In this document: positions 27,609 to 36,158 of the stretch, piece after piece | Layout: the number at the start of each line of letters is the position of its first letter | Numbering within the stretch: position 1 is the first letter of the stretch | Assembly: GCA_048498035.1 (NCBI GenBank) | Contig: JBEHYT010000005.1 | Span: forward strand, 107,919-171,918 | Direction: 5' to 3' | Source: Bacteroidota bacterium | GTDB lineage: Bacteria; Bacteroidota; Bacteroidia; Chitinophagales; Chitinophagaceae | Length of the DNA: 64,000 nucleotides | Position numbers and translations under genes: made by a program | Notes under the pieces: model-generated | Database searches by the model: none | What the model was told of the DNA's origin: nothing | Seen by the model: the letters and a program-made list of their open reading frames with translations, nothing else

Positions 27609-30600
27609 TTAGAGTTTAAGTTTAAATCCGAATGAATACATACGGGAGCGGGGATACGATGCATAGTCGAGTGATGGCATCAGGTCTCCAAAGCTTCCCT
27701 GGCGTGTATTTACCTCGGGGTCATAACCGGAATATTTGGTGGATATCCAGAGATTTTTGCCGCTGGCAAAAATGCTGATCCCTGTAAGGCCAAGTCGTTT
27801 CAATTTTGACATCGGGATATCATAAGCAATCGTAAGATCAGCCAGGCGAATAAACGAGCCGTCTTCAATCCAGTCGGAAAGCATTTTTAATTCTTCCGGA
27901 CCACCTGGCATACGATATTGATTATTGGGATTCCCTTCTTCTACCAAGGTGCCGGTAGACATATCGTAGAGTGAAGGGCGCCATGCGTCCACCAATGATT
28001 TGGCCATATTGGTGGGGTTTCTGCCCGCTTCCAACGTTACACGGTTGGCGTTGTAAATATTATTACCGTAGCTGAACTGGAACACCGTATTCAGGCTAAA
28101 TCCGCGCCAGCGGAAGAAATTGGTAAGACCGCCGCTGAATTTCGGTTGTCCCTGGCCGAGTACGGTCCGGTCGTAAGTATCTATAATATGGTCGTTGTTA
28201 CGATCAATAAACTTTCTTGTTCCCGGCCGGATGGCGCTGATGGGTTGTCCGTTGATGCTGATCAGACCTGAGGCCTGTATTTCTTCATAGGATTGCCAGA
28301 TGCCATCTGTGATGTAGCCGTACCATTGACCAATCGGTTCTCCATTCCGGATAATGGCGCTGGTGCCCACACCCGGTACTACACCGGGGTCGAGTGACAG
28401 TTCGGGACCGATCTCAATTGCTTTGGATTTATTGAAGCCAATGTTGGCATCAATATTCCAGCTAAAATCACGATGATCAACAGCCAGGGCCGAGACGGTA
28501 AATTCAAGTCCGCTGTTTTGAATGGAGCCCAGGTTGGTCCATGAATTTCGATAGCCGGAATAAGCTGGTGTTACTTTCTGGATCAACAGGTCTTTGGTGC
28601 GTTTCAGGTACCATTCTGCTGTAAACTGGATGCGATCTTTAAGCAGTCCAAGATCAAGACCGGCATTCACCTGCGTGGTAGTTTCCCATCTGAGTGAAAG
28701 ATTTTCGGGTCGTTCTACTACTACTCCATAATTGGGTGTATAGCCATCCATGGGAGAGAAGTAGGTGCCAATGGTAGAAAGCGTGAGGTAAGAAGGAATG
28801 GCGGTATTACCGCTTTGTCCAATGCTGGCCCTGAGTTTCATGGAAGAAATGGCATGTACATCTTTCATAAAACTTTCGTCGGAGATACGCCAGGCCAGGC
28901 CGGCAGACGGGAAGTAGCCCCATTTATTGGCGCTGCTGAACCGTGATGAACCATCTGCGCGGAAGGTTCCGGTAAACAGGTATCGGCCTTTATAAGCATA
29001 TTCTACACGGGTAAGGAACGAGGCCATCGTCCATTGCGTAATGTTATAGTTAGGAATGATGGGCACAGTTCCGTTTTCAAGTCCGTATACACCCAGTACT
29101 TCCACATCATAATTCTGGTTCTCGGCCGTGATCAGGTTTACTTTATTTTTTTCAAATGTGGCGCCGGCTACTGCGTTGATGCGGTGATTTTTTCCAAAAT
29201 TGTGACGATAGTAAAGAAGATGTTCGTTCATCATTTTGGTGGTGGTGGCGCGGGAGAGATAAGCGCGACCGTTGTATTTGGAACCGGAAGCTACAAACTT
29301 AGGATAGTAGGCATCCGTATTTACGTTGGTTGTGGAATAGGTGCCGGTGATGCGATAGGTGAGTGATTTACTCAGGTTGAAATCAAATGCGAGTCGCGCC
29401 AGCCAGTCAGAAACATTCTTTTTGTTGGTGGTGTATTTGGCCAGCGAGTATGGATTGGTGGTTACAAAATTGTCTACGTCGGAGTTGTCTTCAACGTCGC
29501 GTTGCGTAAGTGGCTCAAGTGGCGGTTTGTTGAACATAGCCGTTACGATCGAATTGGATTGAATACCGCCGTTGAGAATTCCTGATACAAAACCCTTGGT
29601 TTCTGTTTGTCCGCCAGACAGGTTGAGGGTCATGTTGATATTGGGATTCAGTTTTTGTTGCAGGTTAAAGCGTGCGGTATAGCGTTTGTAACCGCTGAAT
29701 ACTACAAGTCCGTCTTGGTCCAGGTAGCCGCCCAGCAGTGAGAATTTGGTATCGCGTGTACCGCCGGTAAGGCTGATGCGGTATTCCTGGACAGCGGCAT
29801 CCTGGAACATGGCGTTTTGCCAGTCGGTGTTGGTGGTATCGGGGCTGGCGTATTGTTGCCAGTCGTGGTAGGTAGCTGTTTGGTTTACCCCCCAGAATCC
29901 GCCTGGTGTACCGAGTGGTGTATCGCGGAAATAGGTATAGCCTGCTTGTGTGGACGCGGGAACGTTGGGGTTGGAGGTGCTTGGTGGTGAGAATACGTAT
30001 GCTGATGCGAGAAAGCGGGCATGTGCATATTCTTCGGAGTTCATTACGGGAAACAGGTGACCGGGATGTTGAATCGCGAGGTTGGAATAGAACTCTACGC
30101 TTGTCTTACCGGCTTTGCCGGATTTGGTGGTGATGATAATGACACCGTTTGCGCCGCGGGCGCCATACATGGCGGTGCCGGAGGCGTCTTTAAGGATCTC
30201 AATGTTCTCGATGTCGCCGGGGTTGATATTATTGGCATCGTCTTGCAGTACACCATCAATTACAAATAGTGGTGTGCTGGCGGCACTGATGGAGCTGGCA
30301 CCACGGATGCGGAAGGTAAATTCTGATCCGGGGGCGCCGTCGTTTTGGGTTATTTGCACGCCGGCAGCTTTTCCGCGCATGGCATCGGCCAGGGATACGA
30401 GGGTGCGGTTTTGCATGGCCTCGCTGGAGACGGTGGAGACGGATGCGGTAAGATCTTTGCGTCGGGTGGTGTTGTAACCGATGATTACTACATCATTCAG
30501 GTTATTGTCGGTGGGTGTCATCACTACGTTGATGACGGATCTTCCGGCAATGCGTTCAAAGGCGCCTTGCATACCTACGTAGGTAAAGAGAAGTTGTGCG

Positions 30601-30818
30601 GTGTCGGCTTTTACGGTAATGGAATAATCGCCGTTGACGCCGGTTTGTGTCCGGATGTTGGTGTAGCGTTCTCTTACGGTAACGCCCTGGAGGGGTGCCC
30701 CGGTAAGGTCTTTTACCGTTCCTTTTACGGTAAAGCCTTTTTGTGCGGAGGCGGTAAGGCCTGTTAGTAGCAGCAGGGTGCTAAGCAGGCTGGCAAAAAG
30801 CAAACGTTGAGTTCCCAT
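27609..30818 (-). CDS. SusC/RagA family TonB-linked outer-membrane transporter
   Basis: 1069 aa with a signal peptide, a carboxypeptidase-regulatory-like N-terminal domain (KGTVKDLTGAPLQGVTV), a plug (IEILKDASGTAMYGARGANGVIIITTK) and a C-terminal beta-barrel ending in F.KL. Confidence 0.95.
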   Translation of the reverse strand: MGTQRLLFASLLSTLLLLTGLTASAQKGFTVKGTVKDLTGAPLQGVTVRERYTNIRTQTGVNGDYSITVKADTAQLLFTYVGMQGAFERIAGRSVINVVMTPTDNNLNDVVIIGYNTTRRKDLTASVSTVSSEAMQNRTLVSLADAMRGKAAGVQITQNDGAPGSEFTFRIRGASSISAASTPLFVIDGVLQDDANNINPGDIENIEILKDASGTAMYGARGANGVIIITTKSGKAGKTSVEFYSNLAIQHPGHLFPVMNSEEYAHARFLASAYVFSPPSTSNPNVPASTQAGYTYFRDTPLGTPGGFWGVNQTATYHDWQQYASPDTTNTDWQNAMFQDAAVQEYRISLTGGTRDTKFSLLGGYLDQDGLVVFSGYKRYTARFNLQQKLNPNINMTLNLSGGQTETKGFVSGILNGGIQSNSIVTAMFNKPPLEPLTQRDVEDNSDVDNFVTTNPYSLAKYTTNKKNVSDWLARLAFDFNLSKSLTYRITGTYSTTNVNTDAYYPKFVASGSKYNGRAYLSRATTTKMMNEHLLYYRHNFGKNHRINAVAGATFEKNKVNLITAENQNYDVEVLGVYGLENGTVPIIPNYNITQWTMASFLTRVEYAYKGRYLFTGTFRADGSSRFSSANKWGYFPSAGLAWRISDESFMKDVHAISSMKLRASIGQSGNTAIPSYLTLSTIGTYFSPMDGYTPNYGVVVERPENLSLRWETTTQVNAGLDLGLLKDRIQFTAEWYLKRTKDLLIQKVTPAYSGYRNSWTNLGSIQNSGLEFTVSALAVDHRDFSWNIDANIGFNKSKAIEIGPELSLDPGVVPGVGTSAIIRNGEPIGQWYGYITDGIWQSYEEIQASGLISINGQPISAIRPGTRKFIDRNNDHIIDTYDRTVLGQGQPKFSGGLTNFFRWRGFSLNTVFQFSYGNNIYNANRVTLEAGRNPTNMAKSLVDAWRPSLYDMSTGTLVEEGNPNNQYRMPGGPEELKMLSDWIEDGSFIRLADLTIAYDIPMSKLKRLGLTGISIFASGKNLWISTKYSGYDPEVNTRQGSFGDLMPSLDYASYPRSRMYSFGFKLKL

Positions 30819-31000
30819 AATTGTTCGTTTTGTAGAAGATTTGTTGGTAGTGAATTTCCCGGACAGGTTGTGGATGGGGCTGTTAGCCGCCTGGTGGGTG
30901 TAGCCACGGAGGGGGCAGTGCCAGGGGAACGCCTCGCTGGGCGAGGGTTGTAAATAGATGTGTGATCTTGAGCATGGGCAAACAAAAGGCTAAAAACAGG

Positions 31001-31020
31001 TTGCTAATTCGTTTTAGCAA
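31001..31020. promoter_or_regulatory. Candidate LacI-family operator upstream of susC (TTGCTAATTCGTTTTAGCAA)
   Basis: Perfect 7-bp arms TTGCTAA/TTAGCAA around a central CG, about 180 nt upstream of the susC start. It is near-identical to the site at 21412..21427. Confidence 0.5.
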
Positions 31021-31263
31021 GTTAAATGTACAGTTATTTTTAACCCGGCCAACAAAAAACTGGTATTTTTTTATCCTGTTTGGCGGATTAGCGGGTGTGG
31101 GGATGGATTTGCGGACAGGTATATAAGGTGTGGTGTTTTTTGGGTGTTGTACGGATCCGGGCAGGGAATGGGCTGGAATATCTTTCAGATTATAAGACCG
31201 ATAAATGCTTGTCGGGAACCAATTTATCTTTATTTTTGCACCCCCCGGAAGTTCGGGGGTAAC

Positions 31264-31354
31264 GGAGAGGTGCCTGAGTGGCCGAAAGGGCCGGTTTGCT
31301 AAACCGTTGTACGAGCTTAAACTTGTACCGAGGGTTCGAATCCCTCCCTCTCCG
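31264..31354 (+). tRNA. tRNA-Ser (anticodon GCU)
   Basis: Acceptor GGAGAGG/CCTCTCC, anticodon loop TTGCTAA, long variable arm (GTACGAG-CTTAAA-CTTGTAC) and T-arm GAGGGTTCGAATCCCTC. CCA is not encoded. Confidence 0.88.
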
Positions 31355-31446
31355 CGAGCAACGTATTAAGAGCGGCCGGTTATTTTGGCGGCTTTTCGCC
31401 TGGAGGGATGGTTTAAACCGCTTATTTCCAGGATATAAAGAGTGTT

Positions 31447-31520
31447 CGGGAGGTAGTTCAGCCCGGTAGAATACCTGGTTTGGGACCAGGGGGTCGCAGG
31501 TTCGAATCCTGTCCTCCCGA
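31447..31520 (+). tRNA. tRNA-Pro (anticodon UGG)
   Basis: Acceptor CGGGAGG/CCTCCCG, anticodon stem-loop CCTGG-TTTGGGA-CCAGG and T-arm GCAGGTTCGAATCCTGT. Confidence 0.9.
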
Positions 31521-31543
31521 CTTAAAGCATATCAAATGCTATC

Positions 31544-31588
31544 AAAGCCTGTAAATTCATATTGATTTACAGGCTTTTGTTTTTTTTC
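31544..31588 (+). terminator. Strong rho-independent terminator after tRNA-Pro
   Basis: A 13-bp perfect stem AAAGCCTGTAAAT/ATTTACAGGCTTT with an 8-nt loop, followed by a T-run (TGTTTTTTTT). Confidence 0.85.
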
Positions 31589-31617
31589 TCCATCAATTTA
31601 AATCAGAAAATATCAGA

Positions 31618-31649
31618 ATTCAGGTGAGCCATTCAGTGAGTAAATTCAG
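31618..31649 (+). repeat. Three ATTCAG direct repeats at 13-bp spacing, overlapping an 8-bp inverted repeat
   Basis: ATTCAG occurs at 31618, 31631 and 31644. GTGAGTAA (31636..31643) pairs with TTACTCAC (31662..31669). The repeats lie between the tRNA terminator and the integrase gene. Confidence 0.6.
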
Positions 31650-31742
31650 GCATAGCCTTTGTTACTCACCCAATAGCTTACAATTCATTGTAATCCATTT
31701 AGTTGCGTCATTTTGTTTGACACTTTTTGATTGGATTTGAAA

Positions 31743-31784
31743 TGGATTCGAACCTGCGGCCAACGTGGATTAGAACCTGCGGCC
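31743..31784 (-). repeat. Tandem 19-nt repeats that are inverted copies of the tRNA-Pro T-arm
   Basis: TGGATTCGAACCTGCGGCC (31743..31761) and TGGATTAGAACCTGCGGCC (31766..31784). The reverse complement GGCCGCAGGTTCGAATCC matches the tRNA-Pro sequence GGTCGCAGGTTCGAATCC at 17 of 18 positions. Neither copy folds as a tRNA. Confidence 0.7.
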
Positions 31785-31858
31785 TATGGTTCCGAAAGTG
31801 CGAACTGACAAAGTGAAGAGTGGAATCAATTCATTTCAAAACATTCAAAACAAAACGC

Positions 31859-33130
31859 ATGGAAAAACAATCCTTCGGTATTTGCTTCCTGGTCAGAAAG
31901 ACCAAGGCCGATAAGAAAAGAGCAGACATTTATGTACGTATTACGGTAGATGGAGAAGAAAAAGAATTTTCTGTGAAAGAGCAGATTGATCTGAGCACCT
32001 GGAACAGCGAAAAGGGGATCGTCAAGGGAAATAGTATTGCCGTCAAATCTATCAATGATCACTTGGATAATATACGCTTTGGTATCAGAGATAAATACAG
32101 GAAGCTGGTCGATGCAGGTAAGCTTGTGACTGCGGAATCAGTAAGGGATGCTTACTTAGGAATATGTATTCTGCAAAAGGGTCATAAGCTTTTTGCATTA
32201 CTTGAATATTACAGAAAAATATGGGAAGGCAAATTAAGCAACGGCAGTTTTAAGAACTATAAGACTACCATAGCATATTTAAAACTATTCCTGGAGATCA
32301 AGTATCCTTCAAAAGATATTTATCTCTCCCTGCTTAACATGGAATTTGTAACAGAATTTGAATATTACATACGCCATCATTCTATAAAGGATCATGATCC
32401 CTGCCTCGGTAACGGAGTGGCCAAACATATTCAAAGGGTCAAAAGAATCATGAACTGGGCCGCTGAACTGGGATGGATAAAATCCAATCCTTTTGATAAA
32501 TATAGTTGCCCAGTAAAAAAGAGCAAGCGTAAGAAACTGGATATTCAGCAACTGGTGACTTTGGAACAAAAGATTTACACTGATGCTGCATTACAGTATG
32601 TAAAAGATTTGTTCCTTTTTAGTTGTTATACCGGGTTTGCTTTTGCCGATGTAATGCAACTGCGGAAAAGTCATTTTGAATGGGATACCAATGATATTAT
32701 TTGGTGTAAGGTATATCGCCAGAAATCTGATATATTATCTCCAGTACCGTTACTGAAAGATGCAGCCACGATAATAAATCTCTATAAAGACCATCCTGAT
32801 GTGGTCGGAAGCGATGCTATCTTTCCTCAGATCACTAACCAGTATGTCAACAGGCGACTGAAGATGATGCAGGAAATTTGTGAGATTGATATACCGCTTA
32901 CCTTCCACGTTGCCAGGCATACATTTGCGAAAACTGTAGCTTTAAAGAACGGAATACCGCTGGAAACAATACAAATGCTAATTGGACACACGAAGATTTC
33001 CACCACACAGATCTATGCCGATGTGGATGAAGAAAAGATCATTAATGATATGAATGGATTAGGGGATAAACTTGACAGGAAAAGAGAAATCATCCTTAAT
33101 CATCGGAGAGAAATTGCTGCATCTGCCTAA
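31859..33130 (+). CDS. Tyrosine site-specific integrase (Bacteroidota CTn/phage-integrase family)
   Basis: N-terminal Arm-type domain typical of Bacteroidota integrases (FLVRKTKADKKRADIYVRITVDGEE). The catalytic region has HVARHTFA, LIGHTKISTTQIYA and the terminal Tyr. The start is moved to the ATG at 31859. Confidence 0.92.
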   Translation: MEKQSFGICFLVRKTKADKKRADIYVRITVDGEEKEFSVKEQIDLSTWNSEKGIVKGNSIAVKSINDHLDNIRFGIRDKYRKLVDAGKLVTAESVRDAYLGICILQKGHKLFALLEYYRKIWEGKLSNGSFKNYKTTIAYLKLFLEIKYPSKDIYLSLLNMEFVTEFEYYIRHHSIKDHDPCLGNGVAKHIQRVKRIMNWAAELGWIKSNPFDKYSCPVKKSKRKKLDIQQLVTLEQKIYTDAALQYVKDLFLFSCYTGFAFADVMQLRKSHFEWDTNDIIWCKVYRQKSDILSPVPLLKDAATIINLYKDHPDVVGSDAIFPQITNQYVNRRLKMMQEICEIDIPLTFHVARHTFAKTVALKNGIPLETIQMLIGHTKISTTQIYADVDEEKIINDMNGLGDKLDRKREIILNHRREIAASA

Positions 33131-33164
33131 GATTGCTGACAATTTTATTTTTTAGAATAATAAC

Positions 33165-33190
33165 GAAGCCCGCAATTATTGCGGGCTTCG
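33165..33190. terminator. Bidirectional hairpin terminator between the convergent integrase and HTH genes
   Basis: GAAGCCCGCAAT-TA-TTGCGGGCTTC, flanked by A/T runs on both sides. Confidence 0.7.
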
Positions 33191-33193
33191 TAT

Positions 33194-33463
33194 TCAGTAT
33201 CCTTCCTCCAACAATTGCTTAATATCTTCCTTATTATAATAAACAGTACCACCAATCTTTTTTGTCCGCAGTTTTCGGCTGATACGAAGAGAAACAAGTT
33301 TATTGACGGAACAACCTAGCATCTTCCGAACATCAGAAGTTTTAAACCCTTCAGGCTTTTCGGTAACAGGCTTAATGACAGTGGACACTATATTTTTAAT
33401 ATCATGCAACAATTGAATCCGGAAAACTTCAAGATCTTCTTTGGTCAAAACTTCTGCAGGCAT
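33194..33463 (-). CDS. Excisionase-family helix-turn-helix DNA-binding protein
   Basis: 89 aa. The C-terminal half FKTSDVRKMLGCSVNKLVSLRISRKLRTKKIGGTVYYNKEDIKQLL fits the HTH_17/Xis pattern common on Bacteroidota mobile elements. Confidence 0.75.
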   Translation of the reverse strand: MPAEVLTKEDLEVFRIQLLHDIKNIVSTVIKPVTEKPEGFKTSDVRKMLGCSVNKLVSLRISRKLRTKKIGGTVYYNKEDIKQLLEEGY

Positions 33464-33475
33464 TGTGTCAGATTT

Positions 33476-33763
33476 TCAGAGTCTTTTAAGAGGAGTAAAA
33501 AATATCATACTTCCCAGAAAATGGTTATACGAGGGTACGTACTTTACATATCCATACTCATGCAGTTGACGTAGCACTTTATGGTAAGTATTACCACCGG
33601 ATATTTTGCATAAATTAATGATGTCCTGCCTGAAAAAGGATAGCGGGCCATCTTGTCCGCTATCCTTCCATTTTTTCCATAAAGAAACATACAGGCTGAT
33701 ATGTGCAGCCGAAATTCGGGGATCAGTTTCTACGACCGTCAGAAAATTAAAAAGGCGATCCAT
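33476..33763 (-). CDS. Conserved mobile-element winged-helix-like protein (function unknown)
   Basis: 95 aa. The pattern AAHISLYVSLW...CKISGGNTYHKVLRQLHEYGYVKYVPSYN is one I recognise from small proteins of Bacteroidota mobilisable/conjugative elements. This is recognition from memory only. Confidence 0.5.
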   Translation of the reverse strand: MDRLFNFLTVVETDPRISAAHISLYVSLWKKWKDSGQDGPLSFFRQDIINLCKISGGNTYHKVLRQLHEYGYVKYVPSYNHFLGSMIFFTPLKRL

Positions 33764-35398
33764 TTAATTTATTCCTTGCCGTTTACGATTTGATTTTTTT
33801 TTAGTGTTAGGTGGGCCACCTTCATCCTCACCTGGATTCTGCTTCAGGCTTTTTTTTTGATCATCCTGCTTCACTGATTGCTCCGCTGAATTACTTTCAT
33901 AAAGTTTATCAGTACGGATACGCTGCCCGGATGCTTCATAAAAATTGAGCGACTTGAATTGGGGTGCCGCTTCGATGAACACCTTTTGTTCCTTCCCTTG
34001 TATGGTAAGTGTAACGGATTGCCGGTTCCCTCTCTCCAGGGATTCAATAAGCCGCTGACTGTCCGTTTCGGTCAGCAATTCTTTAATTGGATGGTTTTGC
34101 AAAACAACCTTCAGGTCAAAACCATAGTTGTCGTTGAACGGTCTGAGCTTAAAGTTGCCGTGTGCATCTGTTTCCTTAAAGTTCAGTTGCTGCCAGGCAT
34201 TATACTTTTCTCCTTCCTTGTTTATTTTTTCTTTAAATATGGCCCGGCCACTCATCAGGTTATAGGCTTCTTTCAGTGTGATATTATCTTCTTTGTTATT
34301 AATATAGAAAGCTTGCTTAATGGCATCAGGATGCTGATCGTTTTTAAGCACAAGATTATATCGGTTAAAGAAATAAATATCGCTTTCATCTGATTTTCTG
34401 AAATGAAGCGTTGCGACTGTTTCATCCTTTCCATAGTCTTTTTGAAAGCTAAGCGTAAACTCCGGCTCCTGCTTTTGCAATTTCTCTTTCAATTGCTGCT
34501 GCAGGTCTTCACCAAATCCTGTGTACTTTAATTGATTACTCAGGTAATCATAATTTTTTTCATTCATGATTGACAAATTTGTATAATTAGATAATTGTTG
34601 TTCCAATTCTTGGCCATAAGGGATTTGTTTTAGCATTTCGTCAACCGACCCGGCCCGGATGACTCTGTAATTATCATATTCGCTGATGTTGTTATCAGAA
34701 AATTCATCAGCTTCGTCTTTGGTTTTAAAAAAATACATGTCCGGCTTGTCAAGGAAATAGTTAATTGTATTGTAGGCGATATAAATATTCCCCTGGGCAA
34801 TTTCCTTGTTTGCTATATCCAGTAATTGATCGTCTATAACATGTTCCCTTTGCATTTCTTTCACTTGTTTATACGCTTGCATGGCTGTTAGCAATTTGCC
34901 ATCCGATACAGGCACGGTTAATGATTTTTCGTATTGCTGTTTGAGTATGTAGTCGTCCGAAATATGCTCTCTGTATTCTGTTTCCGGCAAGTGTTTAAAC
35001 CTTAGTAAGTCAGCCGCTGCTTTATCAATAGTATCAAGCTTTCCTAAATCTGCCTGTATATGGTTGAGAAATTGATCTGCTTTATCAATGTGAACACCGT
35101 TCAGGTAACTGTCATATATTTTATTTGCCTGCTGCATCCGGTCATCCAGTTCAGCCAATGTTTCGGGGATGGGAATTGACCGGACAGTCAAATGGTAAGC
35201 CTTTAACTCGACCGAACCTTTTTCACCAGTATCATAGCGCAGAGAGAACATCAGCTGATCCTTTCCTTTTTCCCTGTAAGGGTAGATTGAAAATTGCCGA
35301 TCGTTGCTACTCTTGTAAGTTTCTAACTGGCTAACCGCATCTTCAAGACCAAGTTGCCTTAGTTGTTCTTTTAATCGTATGGCATTTCTTTCTGTCAT
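33764..35398 (-). CDS. Hypothetical ICE protein with a strongly basic C-terminal tail
   Basis: 544-aa ORF, tightly packed (no gap to the downstream gene). No catalytic motif is recognised. The C-terminus is ...PPNTKKKSNRKRQGIN. Confidence 0.6.
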   Translation of the reverse strand: MTERNAIRLKEQLRQLGLEDAVSQLETYKSSNDRQFSIYPYREKGKDQLMFSLRYDTGEKGSVELKAYHLTVRSIPIPETLAELDDRMQQANKIYDSYLNGVHIDKADQFLNHIQADLGKLDTIDKAAADLLRFKHLPETEYREHISDDYILKQQYEKSLTVPVSDGKLLTAMQAYKQVKEMQREHVIDDQLLDIANKEIAQGNIYIAYNTINYFLDKPDMYFFKTKDEADEFSDNNISEYDNYRVIRAGSVDEMLKQIPYGQELEQQLSNYTNLSIMNEKNYDYLSNQLKYTGFGEDLQQQLKEKLQKQEPEFTLSFQKDYGKDETVATLHFRKSDESDIYFFNRYNLVLKNDQHPDAIKQAFYINNKEDNITLKEAYNLMSGRAIFKEKINKEGEKYNAWQQLNFKETDAHGNFKLRPFNDNYGFDLKVVLQNHPIKELLTETDSQRLIESLERGNRQSVTLTIQGKEQKVFIEAAPQFKSLNFYEASGQRIRTDKLYESNSAEQSVKQDDQKKSLKQNPGEDEGGPPNTKKKSNRKRQGIN

Positions 35399-35399
35399 A

Positions 35400-36158
35400 T
35401 CAATGCAGGTCAGGCAATAGCACTGCCTTCACAATTTTTGAGTTAGTAAGTTTTAGTCGCAAATGCCGTCCCCCGTTTTTTTCCATTATCTGCACACGCA
35501 ACAGTTTTGCATCAGGTATAGTGAATTTTTCTAGTGCCGTAACAACAACTGAAAAACTATATGCCTTTACTTGTTTGCTATTACCTGCGACGTAAAGAGG
35601 TATGCAATCATTTTCCTGTGCCGCTGTACGGTTCCCTTTTTTCTTATCCCGGATATAAAAACGTAACACGTCAATGTCATAATCAATCGGAGAGTGATTG
35701 CATAAAAGCAATTGGTAATAGATAACATTGTCTTTAATGTAAATGCCAATGATGGAAGCTTCAACGGCCCAACTTTTATCCCTGACACCCCTTACCTTCT
35801 CCTTATTATCCAAAATGCCGTTGGCATAAGTGGAAATACCGGCTTTTGTGTTGGCAGGCAATTCATAAACTAATATACCTGGTTGTTCTTTATAATTCAC
35901 AATAAAGGAGTACACATTACCGTCACTCGTAACAACACTTAAATTAGTTTCCGGGAACTGCTTTACAGCCGCTTTTACAAGGAGTATCTTTTCGTTTTCC
36001 TTTACCGGCTGTACCAGCACATCTTTTGTTCCCCGATCAACATACTTAATTGGAAAAGGAAAGATTAGTGATGTTGTTTTATCAGTTGTGATTGATAAAG
36101 GTTGTTGCGCCATGGCAACATTGCAGATTGCTAAAAATAGAAGAATGAATGTTTTCAT
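35400..36158 (-). CDS. traN: Conjugative transposon protein TraN
   Basis: Signal peptide plus LSITTDKTTSLIFPFPIKYVDRGTKDVLVQ...LLVKA...TNLSVVTSDGNVYSF, typical of Bacteroidota TraN. It follows traM. Confidence 0.88.
   Translation of the reverse strand: MKTFILLFLAICNVAMAQQPLSITTDKTTSLIFPFPIKYVDRGTKDVLVQPVKENEKILLVKAAVKQFPETNLSVVTSDGNVYSFIVNYKEQPGILVYELPANTKAGISTYANGILDNKEKVRGVRDKSWAVEASIIGIYIKDNVIYYQLLLCNHSPIDYDIDVLRFYIRDKKKGNRTAAQENDCIPLYVAGNSKQVKAYSFSVVVTALEKFTIPDAKLLRVQIMEKNGGRHLRLKLTNSKIVKAVLLPDLH

Noticed and set aside
31278-31469. A 63-aa ORF spanning the tRNA region
   Set aside because: It overlaps tRNA-Ser and the start of tRNA-Pro. The sequence is explained by the tRNA genes.
31700-31800. 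Possible minus-strand tRNA genes suggested by the GGATTCGAACC motifs
   Set aside because: The sequence following each TTCGAAT/TTCTAAT loop cannot pair with the preceding GCAGG to form a T-stem. No acceptor or anticodon arms are present. I therefore treat them as tRNA-derived repeats rather than genes.
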